Of a DNA stretch of 36,761 bases, positions 26,660 through 34,253 are shown piece after piece. Position numbers and translations under genes: made by a program. The stretch's first letter is position 1. Each line of letters starts with the position of its first letter. The DNA is from a virus (taxonomy: Duplodnaviria > Caudoviricetes), in the IMG/VR virus record IMGVR_UViG_3300010366_000009, positions 1 to 36,761 of that record; one strand, 5' to 3'. The notes under the pieces were generated by a model. That model saw only the letters and a list, made by a program, of their open reading frames with translations. It was not told where the DNA came from and searched no databases.

Positions 26660-26755
26660 CGGGTGCGTAAAATCCGACCACGTCGTACGTAATCGCACCA
26701 CGGGATTTCGGACGCCCGACCGCCGTGTCGGGGTTTGGGATAGGAGCGTTCGCGC

Positions 26756-27115
26756 ATGGCTGAGTCCGACGCCGACGAAGATTTCATTTGGTCGATCCCG
26801 TGGCGCGCGTGGTACCGTCCGCTGTCGCTGGGACTCACGCGCCACTTCGCCGAAGCGGGACGGTACCGCGGGGCCGACGCCGCGGCCGTGCTGGCGCGGG
26901 TCAATCAGAACGGCGTGGTCGCCGCGTGTCTGATTCCTGTCGCCTGTCTCGCACCGCTGAGCGATCCGCGCCCCAGCTTCGTCCCCGACATGGGACAGTG
27001 CCAATTCGTGACGGACGCGGTCCGGAAATTTGTGGCGAACGGCGCCCCGCATCGCTGCGACGAATGGATGGACGAAACCGGCCATTGCCGGTTGTGCGAT
27101 CGGGTCGTGCCATGA
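26756..27115 (+). CDS. Hypothetical Cys-rich protein
   Basis: AGGAG SD; C-terminal HRC...HCRLC. Confidence 0.6.
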   Translation: MAESDADEDFIWSIPWRAWYRPLSLGLTRHFAEAGRYRGADAAAVLARVNQNGVVAACLIPVACLAPLSDPRPSFVPDMGQCQFVTDAVRKFVANGAPHRCDEWMDETGHCRLCDRVVP

Positions 27116-27387
27116 CCGACGACGATCGCACGCGGACCCAACCCGGCCATTACTACGGCGACGATGGGCGCCGGCTGCATGACCTGGGGACGACGAATGC
27201 CGGCCGTCCGCCCGATGTGGTCATCTGTCGGCGCGTCGCCGACTGCCCCGCGGCGACGCCGCCGCCCGGGTCGAGTGTCGTTCCGTGTGCGACGTGCGGG
27301 GCGGCGGTCGTCACAAATGCCGCGAAATATCCGACGGTCCCGCGGACCTGTATGCAGTGCGCGCACATCCGACCGGAACCCCTATGA
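27112..27387 (+). CDS. Small zinc-finger-like protein
   Basis: ATGA overlap; CATC...CMQC. Confidence 0.65.
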   Translation: MTDDDRTRTQPGHYYGDDGRRLHDLGTTNAGRPPDVVICRRVADCPAATPPPGSSVVPCATCGAAVVTNAAKYPTVPRTCMQCAHIRPEPL

Positions 27388-27857
27388 AAATCGACCTAAC
27401 GTCCCAGACGATCGTTGCCGACTTTTTCTGGTCGTTTCGCCGCGACGTGATTTCGCCCGACGCGCCCGCCGTCCAAGTCAACGAAATGGGGAAAGCATTT
27501 TACGCGGGCGCGTCGGCCGTCCTGTTCGCGTTGATGGAAATAACCGACAAACCCGACGACGCGGGCGTCGACCTAATCGACCGTCTGTACCGCGAATGCC
27601 ACGCGTTTGCCCAGGCGCCCGACGTCGACGCGCCCGCGCCCGTGCCCGACATCAATTTCACGACGCCCGACCCCGACGACATCCGGACACTACTGAACGA
27701 TCTGGGCGGCAGGTTGAAGAACGATGTGCCCGCGGGATACGGGTTCGCGTTACTGATCTTCGAATTCGCTGGACCCAATCTGTTTTACCTGTCGTCGGCC
27801 GATCGCGCCGACATGATTAAGGCGATGCGCGAGTTCATTACGCGGGCGACGCAATAG
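27384..27857 (+). CDS. Hypothetical two-domain protein
   Basis: ATGA overlap; QVNEMGKAFYAGA domain plus GFALLIFEF..YLSSADRADMI domain. Confidence 0.7.
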   Translation: MKIDLTSQTIVADFFWSFRRDVISPDAPAVQVNEMGKAFYAGASAVLFALMEITDKPDDAGVDLIDRLYRECHAFAQAPDVDAPAPVPDINFTTPDPDDIRTLLNDLGGRLKNDVPAGYGFALLIFEFAGPNLFYLSSADRADMIKAMREFITRATQ

Positions 27858-27868
27858 AAAGGAACGCC

Positions 27869-28168
27869 ATGGCGATCCGCATTAATGCCGACGATACGAT
27901 CGTTGACGTCGCGCCCGCGAACGGGCGGGAGTTCACGTTACCGGAACTCCAGGCGGTCGTTGGCGGGTACATCGAAGCGGTCTATTTGCGCGACGGGCGG
28001 ATTCTGTTCTGTAACGAAGACGGCAAACGCGATCGGTTGCCGACGAATGTTGGGGCGACTGTGATCGCCCGCAATATCGGATTCTTACCCGATGACGACC
28101 ACATCGTCGGCGACGTGATTATCGGGACGCGTCGCGAAATGGGCGCGGACGATGCCGACGACGAATAA
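27869..28168 (+). CDS. DUF3846-like protein
   Basis: FTLPELQAVVGGYIEAV...CNEDGK...LPTN..AT...IVGDVII. Confidence 0.8.
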   Translation: MAIRINADDTIVDVAPANGREFTLPELQAVVGGYIEAVYLRDGRILFCNEDGKRDRLPTNVGATVIARNIGFLPDDDHIVGDVIIGTRREMGADDADDE

Positions 28169-28181
28169 CCGGGGGGACGCT

Positions 28182-28412
28182 ATGTCTGACGCCGTCGTAT
28201 TCGTCCTGGGCGCGTGCCTGTGCTGCGGGCGCCTGTTCACGTTCAATCCGTGGCGCGTCCCGTCGCACCAATGGCACGGGACGCGCGAACCCATTTGTCG
28301 CGACTGCGTTGACCGCATCAACCCGCGCCGCGTCGCCAACGGGTTGCCGCCGATCGTGCCGCTTCCCGGCGCGTACGACCCCGCCGACGACACCGACTGG
28401 ATCGACGGGTAG
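28182..28412 (+). CDS. Small zinc-finger-like protein
   Basis: CLCCGRLFTFNP..VPS...REPICRDC; GGGGGA SD. Confidence 0.7.
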   Translation: MSDAVVFVLGACLCCGRLFTFNPWRVPSHQWHGTREPICRDCVDRINPRRVANGLPPIVPLPGAYDPADDTDWIDG

Positions 28413-28414
28413 CG

Positions 28415-28822
28415 ATGCCGACGATCTATCCCTCCCGTTCCTGTTTCGACGATGCGATCGACTTCATCGAAACGCGCGTCCGCGAGAACCCCCAGATCGT
28501 CCACGGGACGTCATTGCTGCTGGTACACGGCATCGCGATCGCCCCGCCCGATCACGACGGGTCGATCGTGACGGGACAACCGTTCGCCCATGCCTGGGTC
28601 GACGAACACGACCGCGCCGACGGCGACGTCGCCTGGGCTAGTGGCATTCTGGACGGCAGTCGCGTCTATTACGCCGTTCGCCGTCGGGAGTTCTACCGCT
28701 ATTTGCGGATTCGGCGGTTTACGCGCTACACCTTGCGGGAAGTCTGGGAGCACAACCAACAATGGGGCACGTATGGCCCGTGGCGCGACGAATACCGCGC
28801 CCTGTGCAGGGGGGGACGATGA
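28415..28822 (+). CDS. Hypothetical protein with transglutaminase/papain-like motifs
   Basis: N-terminal CFDDA, VHG, HAWVD. Confidence 0.55.
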   Translation: MPTIYPSRSCFDDAIDFIETRVRENPQIVHGTSLLLVHGIAIAPPDHDGSIVTGQPFAHAWVDEHDRADGDVAWASGILDGSRVYYAVRRREFYRYLRIRRFTRYTLREVWEHNQQWGTYGPWRDEYRALCRGGR

Positions 28823-29019
28823 CCCGGATCGCGCCCGGGGTCTATGACGACGACCGCGGCGGGTTGCATATCTACCCGTCCGAACTGTTACGCGCCCACG
28901 GGTACGCCGATACGCCCGCCAATCGCGCCATGCTGGTCCGCACGTGGCAGGCGTACGCCCAGGCCCACGGCATCCCCTGCGACGTGTCCGACGACGACGG
29001 CGACTTAGGGGCGACTTAA
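28819..29019 (+). CDS. Hypothetical protein (66 aa)
   Basis: ATGA overlap; PGVYDDDRGGLHI..ELLRAHGYADTPAN. Confidence 0.6.
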   Translation: MTRIAPGVYDDDRGGLHIYPSELLRAHGYADTPANRAMLVRTWQAYAQAHGIPCDVSDDDGDLGAT

Positions 29020-29036
29020 GGTCGCTTTGCTATACT
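28999..29036 (+). promoter_or_regulatory. Extended -10 promoter with adjacent palindrome, upstream of the integrase operon
   Basis: TGc-TATACT at 29028-29036; GCGAC-TTAAG-GTCGC palindrome and GCGACTTA direct repeat immediately upstream. Confidence 0.6.
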
Positions 29037-29090
29037 GGACGGCGGTCCCCGTCAGGGTGACGGGTGACCATTCCGAAGGGGCGGGACGGT

Positions 29091-29420
29091 ATGACAGCAC
29101 AGGAAGTACGCGAATTGGCGGCGGCGGGGGCATTAGCCCGGGCGCGGGCGTTGGTGATTGAATTCCCGGAAATCTGGCCGGCGTTAACCCGACTAGCGAA
29201 CGGGTCGACGCCGCGGCGCGTCGGGCGTCCCCGGAAAGCGGACGTCGCCGTCACGCCCACCCTATTCGCGGGCGCGGAGTCCCCCGCCGACGTCGCGCCG
29301 ACCCGCCGCCCACGGCGGCGGAAGTCCCGCATTTCGCGCAAGGGGCGCAAAGCGATTTCCGACGCGATGAAACGCCGTTGGAAGAATGCCGCGACCGCGA
29401 CGACGACGGCGGGGAAGTAG
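29091..29420 (+). CDS. Small basic DNA-binding-like protein
   Basis: GRPRK AT-hook-like motif; ISRKGRKAISDAMKRRW; stop codon abuts the integrase ATG. Confidence 0.6.
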   Translation: MTAQEVRELAAAGALARARALVIEFPEIWPALTRLANGSTPRRVGRPRKADVAVTPTLFAGAESPADVAPTRRPRRRKSRISRKGRKAISDAMKRRWKNAATATTTAGK

Positions 29421-31226
29421 ATGGCGACCCGGGGCGACTTCGTCAGAGAGAACCGCATCGCAGCCACGATCGGCCGGGACACGACCGCGGCGATCTACGC
29501 GCGCAAGTCGAACGAACAACGCGGCGTCAGCGAAGAACAGAAATCCGTCGCGCGCCAGATCGACCACGGGACGAAGTTCGCGCAGGGACGGGGCTGGACG
29601 ATCCCGGCCGACTTCGTCTTTGTCGACGACGGCATTTCGGGCGCGGAGTTCGCCAAACGCCCAGGCGTGCAAGCGTTGCGGACCGCCGCGGGGAAGTACG
29701 CGCCGTTTTCGAAAGTGATCGTCCCCGACCTGGATCGCGTCGGGCGCGAATCGGTCGAAACGGCGATGCTCCTGAAAGACCTGGACGAAGCGGGCGTCGA
29801 AATCTGGACGTACCTGGACGGGCAACAGATCCGACTCGATTCCCCGACCGACGTCCTGTTGATGCAAGTCCGGAACTACGCGAACGCGATGCAATTGGCG
29901 GCGACGCGCAAGCATGTGTTAGACGCGTTGCATCGGAAGGGGGACGCGGGGTATTCGACGGGCGCCAAAACGTACGGGTATCGGTCGCAACGCGTCGACG
30001 GTCCCGACGGCAAGTACTCGCATGCGATCAAGGTGCCGATTGACGCGGAAGTGGCGATTGTCCGTCGGATTTTCGATCGCGCCCTGACGGGCGCGGGGTC
30101 GTCGCGCATCGCGCGCGAACTCAACACGGACGGCATCCCCGCCCCCAAGGGGGGCGAATTCGGCTGGAACCCCGCCACGGTGGACGACATCCTGGAACGC
30201 CCGTTGTACAAGGGGGTCGCCGTCTACGGCAAGACGCGCAAAAAAAACAAGTGGGGGGCGGAACACTACCACCGTTTACCGCGCGCCGACTGGCGATGGA
30301 TGCCCGGGTGCGCGCCCGCGATCGTCGACCCCGCCGTGTGGGACGCGGTCGCCGCGATGAAAAAAGTGCGGAGTGACCGCTTGAAAGCGAACGGCGGCGG
30401 GAAGGGGGGCATGTTGCGCGACGGCGAGTCGAAATACACGTTTTCAGGGTTCGCGCGGTGCGCGGAGTGTGGCGGGACGATGTTTGTCAAACCGCGCCGC
30501 AAGTCGATTCGCGACCCGGGCGGGTTGGTCTACGCGTGTTCGTCGTATCAACGGGGATGGGCGCGCGCGGGGCGCAAGTGTACGAATGCGACCCGCGTCC
30601 CGATCGGCGCCGTGGACGACGCGATCGTGTCGGCGATCCTGAACACCTTGCGCGTCCACTTCGACCCCGCCCACATTGCCGATCGGATTCTCGCCGACCT
30701 GGAACGCCGCCAATCCCAGGCCGGCGTCGCCCGCCTGAAAGCGGAGATCAAGCGGGTCGAGCGCGAACGGGACAATCTGGCGCGGGCGATTGCCCGGGCG
30801 AAGAACCCCGACGCCGTCGTCGACCAATTGAACGCCCGCGAAGACGACCTGTCGGGGTTGCGGACCGCCCTGGACGCGGCGACCCGCCAGACGGGGATCA
30901 CACTGCCGACCCGGGCGAAACTGGTCCGGGACATTGCCGGGAGCCTGGACGGGTTGACGACATCGCTGTCCACCCGGAACGTCCGGGCGATCCGGACCTT
31001 GCTACGTCAGGCGTTGGTCGGCGGGGCGTTCCAGTTCACGGTCGCGCCCGCCGTCACGAAGCGGACCCGCATCAACGGGACGAACACGGGCCGATTCGAG
31101 ATTACCGGGCAACTGGACGCCGCGCCCGTCTTGCACACCCTAGCGGGCATTGATCCACACAGTGGGGCGCGGGGCACCCCGCACACCAAAGTGTGGATCA
31201 TGCCGATTCGCACCATGGCGGCGTAA
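29421..31226 (+). CDS. int: Large serine recombinase (integrase)
   Basis: YARKS catalytic motif, FVDDGISG, DLDRVGR, recombinase domain (YGY, IARELN, LYKG), Zn ribbon CAECG...YAC...C, coiled coil. Confidence 0.96.
   Translation: MATRGDFVRENRIAATIGRDTTAAIYARKSNEQRGVSEEQKSVARQIDHGTKFAQGRGWTIPADFVFVDDGISGAEFAKRPGVQALRTAAGKYAPFSKVIVPDLDRVGRESVETAMLLKDLDEAGVEIWTYLDGQQIRLDSPTDVLLMQVRNYANAMQLAATRKHVLDALHRKGDAGYSTGAKTYGYRSQRVDGPDGKYSHAIKVPIDAEVAIVRRIFDRALTGAGSSRIARELNTDGIPAPKGGEFGWNPATVDDILERPLYKGVAVYGKTRKKNKWGAEHYHRLPRADWRWMPGCAPAIVDPAVWDAVAAMKKVRSDRLKANGGGKGGMLRDGESKYTFSGFARCAECGGTMFVKPRRKSIRDPGGLVYACSSYQRGWARAGRKCTNATRVPIGAVDDAIVSAILNTLRVHFDPAHIADRILADLERRQSQAGVARLKAEIKRVERERDNLARAIARAKNPDAVVDQLNAREDDLSGLRTALDAATRQTGITLPTRAKLVRDIAGSLDGLTTSLSTRNVRAIRTLLRQALVGGAFQFTVAPAVTKRTRINGTNTGRFEITGQLDAAPVLHTLAGIDPHSGARGTPHTKVWIMPIRTMAA
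31151..31200. other. Candidate attP site inside the integrase 3' end
   Basis: 24-bp arm + CA + 24-bp arm, with 20/24 inverted identity. Confidence 0.7.
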
Positions 31227-31248
31227 ATCGCGGGGCGTTCCCCGCCGC

Positions 31249-31315
31249 CGCCCCCCAGGTCGCCGCCGATCTGGGGGCACTGACGCCCCCCAGGTTCCCG
31301 CCGACTTGGGGGGCG
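31249..31315. repeat. Two tandem ~30-bp GC-rich hairpin units
   Basis: CGCCCCCCAGGTCGCCGCCGATCTGGGGGC and CGCCCCCCAGGTTCCCGCCGACTTGGGGGGCG. Confidence 0.7.
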
Positions 31316-31341
31316 TTGCTACGTACGGGTATAGTCCGCCG

Positions 31342-31735
31342 ATGCACGACCGTCTGTTCTATATTCCTCAACGCCGCGGGCGACCCCGAACCCGCCGCTG
31401 ACGTCGTCGCCTGGGGTGAATGGTTTGAAACCGCAAACCGTGTTGTCCGGTGTACGCGGATCGACGCCGCGGGACATGCGGTCGACGTCCCCCGCCGCGG
31501 CGAATCAATCCCCGGATGCGTATACGTGTCGACGGTGTTTCTGGGTCTGGATCACAACTGGACGGCGTCGGGTCCGCCCGTGCTTTGGGAAACCATGATT
31601 TTCGACGGTCCCCGGGACGGCGAAACGCACCGCTATCGATCGCGACAACTGGCGATGCTTGGACACGCCGCCGCCGTCGGCAAAGTCCAGCGCATCCCCG
31701 CCGTTGGGGATGACCCGCGAACCCCGACCGTATAA
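31342..31735 (+). pseudogene. Conserved phage protein with apparent 1-nt frameshift near the start
   Basis: MHDRLFYI, an extra C (ATTCCTC), then LNAAGDPEP...VSTVFLGLDH...PVLWETMIF; TATAGT lies 6 nt before the ATG. Confidence 0.55.
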
Positions 31736-31744
31736 ACGCCCCTA

Positions 31745-31774
31745 CAAACGCCCGGGAATCCCCCCGGGCGTTTG
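31745..31774. terminator. Bidirectional terminator-like hairpin between convergent transcripts
   Basis: CAAACGCCCGGG-6nt-CCCGGGCGTTTG perfect 12-bp stem. Confidence 0.75.
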
Positions 31775-31923
31775 CATGTCCGACGTCTGACGGACGCCAG
31801 GACGGGGGCGCCCCGCGCGACAGCGGGGGTCCCTAGTGTAATCGTCGACGGTCGGCGCGGACATCCCCTTCCGGGGCGGAATAGATGGGACGCCCGCCGC
31901 CGGGTCCGTCGACGAACCTGCGA

Positions 31924-32277
31924 TCACGGACCCGGGGCGATCGGCATGACGCCCGCGATCAGATTCCAGTCGGTCATCAACTGTGATTCGATGTCGGCGT
32001 CGCCCGCCGCTGTGACGACCGCACTGGCCGGGAAACTGTACGCCGTCGCAAACGCCAGCAGGTTCGGCCGTTCGACCAGCCAATAGCAGATCGGCGGCGT
32101 CGCGCCGATCAGGTTCTTGATTGTCTGGTTGGCGTAGTTCCAGCGGACGTCGTGATACGGCGTCGCGGGATCTTCCTGCAAGACTTGCCACGCGACGTTG
32201 GCTAGACACGAGCGGACGCGCGTCTGGAACGTCAGGTCCGCCGCTAACGCTTGTTGCGAGTACGAATCATTCGGCAT
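31924..32277 (-). CDS. Hypothetical protein at the end of the late operon
   Basis: SD GGAAGGGG; FQTRVRSCL...DADIESQL. Confidence 0.7.
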   Translation of the reverse strand: MPNDSYSQQALAADLTFQTRVRSCLANVAWQVLQEDPATPYHDVRWNYANQTIKNLIGATPPICYWLVERPNLLAFATAYSFPASAVVTAAGDADIESQLMTDWNLIAGVMPIAPGP

Positions 32278-32295
32278 CGCGATCCCCTTCCTGGA

Positions 32296-33267
32296 TTACC
32301 GCATCGCGTAGACGCGATGGTGCACGTACGGGGTTGACGGGGGTTTTGGCGGATCCGGTTTGGGCGGGGTCGGGTCCGGCGGCGTCGGGCCGGGATCGGG
32401 CGGGACGGGATCGGGCGGGACGGGGTCGGGCGGCGTCGGGCCGGGATCGGGCGGCGGAACGAGCGGCGACAAGGGGACCGCCGTCACGTCGTACGCTTGC
32501 CGGCGGATCTGGCCGGGTTGTTCCGCTTCCGACGACGACAGCGCAAACAGGACGACCGTCCCAAACGCGCGCGCCGTGTGCCACGCATCGACGCCGACGG
32601 GGACGACGACGATCCCGTCGGTCGACGCAAACGGATGCAGCACGATCCCGACGGCGTCACTGTAGTAGCTCACCCACCATGCCCCGTTGATGTAATGCGC
32701 CTGCGGACGCCACGCGCGCCCGACCTGTTGCGGGATCGGCAGACCCGCCACGCGCAGGTAATTCCCTTCCTGCCAAATCGCTTGCCGCCGGCCGACGATG
32801 TCCAGGTCATAGGCGTGTCCGGGGGTAATCTGCCATGCGGTCCCGTCGGGTTCGCGACAGATCGTCGGGCCGGTCGATTGGTACTGCGGTTTGTGGCCGA
32901 TCGCGCCTGTCGTCGCGCCGACGGCGAGTAACCCCGCGTCGGGCGCATGCCAGCCGTCCGACGTGAACAGGCCGCGTTGCGGACCCGTCCCCGCCAACCA
33001 CCCGGCCCACACGCCGCCGCCGGCATAGCCGCTGTTCCAGCCGGCGGCGTATTGAGGATTAGCCGGATTGAGAACGGCGCGACGGATCGCGCCGGAGGAT
33101 TGGACATAGACGGACGCGATCCAGTTATCGTCGCCATTGGCGAAAAACGCGCGATCGTCGTCGATCCAGCCGCCCCAGGCGCCGCGCGAGAACGCGACAT
33201 TGTCGATCGACGCGAATCCGCCGCCCGTCCCGTGCCCGACTTGTTGTCGCCCGTTAATCGTCGACAT
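32296..33267 (-). CDS. Trp/Gly-rich beta protein (propeller-like) with Pro-rich C-terminal stalk (323 aa)
   Basis: Start MSTINGR with SD AAAGGGG; repeated short beta strands; (PPDPG/V)n tail ending PYVHHRVYAMR. Confidence 0.65.
   Translation of the reverse strand: MSTINGRQQVGHGTGGGFASIDNVAFSRGAWGGWIDDDRAFFANGDDNWIASVYVQSSGAIRRAVLNPANPQYAAGWNSGYAGGGVWAGWLAGTGPQRGLFTSDGWHAPDAGLLAVGATTGAIGHKPQYQSTGPTICREPDGTAWQITPGHAYDLDIVGRRQAIWQEGNYLRVAGLPIPQQVGRAWRPQAHYINGAWWVSYYSDAVGIVLHPFASTDGIVVVPVGVDAWHTARAFGTVVLFALSSSEAEQPGQIRRQAYDVTAVPLSPLVPPPDPGPTPPDPVPPDPVPPDPGPTPPDPTPPKPDPPKPPSTPYVHHRVYAMR
32341..32460 (-). repeat. Coding 15-21 nt repeats (PPDPG/PPDPV/PPKP)
   Basis: Repeated GGATCGGGCGG / GGGTCGGGCGG units on the plus strand. 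Confidence 0.8.
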
Positions 33268-33529
33268 CGGTCGCCCCTTTCCACGTCCAGAACGGTCCGC
33301 CGAATAGGAGATGCCACAGCAGCGATCCGAAGATCGCCCCGCCCAGGATCCGCCAGACCCATCGATGCTTGATGTGTTTTTTGATCCACTGCGACAGATC
33401 GGGCCGATGCGTATGCAGCAAATACCAATCAATCGCCAACACGCCGACCGCCAGGGCGACCCAAATCCAGCCGGCGACGTTGGACGCCGCGGGGTCGTCG
33501 ACGGGCGGGACATCGGGACACTGGATCAT
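33254..33529 (-). CDS. Two-TM membrane protein (holin candidate)
   Basis: GWIWVALAVGVLAIDWYLL and WRILGGAIFGSLLWHLLF; ATGA overlap. Confidence 0.65.
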   Translation of the reverse strand: MIQCPDVPPVDDPAASNVAGWIWVALAVGVLAIDWYLLHTHRPDLSQWIKKHIKHRWVWRILGGAIFGSLLWHLLFGGPFWTWKGATDVDD

Positions 33530-33852
33530 TTCGGTTTGGGCACGTACGTCCAGGCGTCGACGTTCAGGTCGTAGCCGTCGCGTTCCAACGCTTTCAGTTT
33601 TTGCTGTAACGCCGCTTGGGTTTGCTGAAATTGGATCGTCAGCAATTGCACTTGCGCCTGAATCAACTGCAATTTTTGGACGTCGTTCTGGACCTGGGCA
33701 TGGGCGAGTTCGCCCGGCGGCGGCGGGATCGCGCCCGGCAACGCCGCGGCGATCGCCGACGGCGCCGCGCCATGGCGGGTCGTCGACGCATAGACGACGG
33801 CGACGACGCCCAGGAGTGCGATCCCGATCGCGACGACAAAACGATTGGTCAT
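33526..33852 (-). CDS. Signal/TM-anchored coiled-coil protein
   Basis: MTNRFVVAIGIALLGVVAVVYA, Pro linker, Gln/Leu heptads. Confidence 0.7.
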   Translation of the reverse strand: MTNRFVVAIGIALLGVVAVVYASTTRHGAAPSAIAAALPGAIPPPPGELAHAQVQNDVQKLQLIQAQVQLLTIQFQQTQAALQQKLKALERDGYDLNVDAWTYVPKPK

Positions 33853-34241
33853 GATTTCCCTTTCGTGGTCGGGACGATGCGGGCCGGCCCGATCTTCCCT
33901 TCGGTAATCAAATGTTGCAGAAGTCGCGCATCCAGAGACGTCGATCCTGGCGCGACGACCAATTCGCGAATCAACCGCGGCGCGTCGGTCCCTTCCGTGT
34001 GGACGTCGACATATTCCGTCCCGCGATTGTCGGCGTAGCGGATCGTCAGATTCCAGGACGACCGCACGGGCGGCGGCGATGCCAGCGTCGTCGACGGCGG
34101 CGTAAACAACGTCGCGGGGGTCGTGATGGACAGGCCGACGATTTCATAGGCCCGGATCGTCGCGTCCACCGTCCGCGGATGCGTCAATTCGGCCCGATCC
34201 TGGGTAAGCGCCAGCAGCACGACGACGACGAGCACGCGCAT
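33849..34241 (-). CDS. Protein with short signal-peptide-like N-terminus
   Basis: MRVLVVVVLLALTQ; SD GAGG; directly after the fibre gene. Confidence 0.65.
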   Translation of the reverse strand: MRVLVVVVLLALTQDRAELTHPRTVDATIRAYEIVGLSITTPATLFTPPSTTLASPPPVRSSWNLTIRYADNRGTEYVDVHTEGTDAPRLIRELVVAPGSTSLDARLLQHLITEGKIGPARIVPTTKGKS

Positions 34242-34253
34242 GTTACTTACCTC

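Noticed and set aside
31227-31340. Intergenic region after int as attP
   Set aside because: Its hairpins are short, and the 24-2-24 site at 31151-31200 fits serine-integrase geometry much better; not fully excluded
31780-31923. Possible ncRNA or 40-aa ORF before the terminator (CCCC-GGAA-GGGG hairpin)
   Set aside because: Only short stems, expected by chance at this GC content; SD spacing is implausible and no RNA family was recognised
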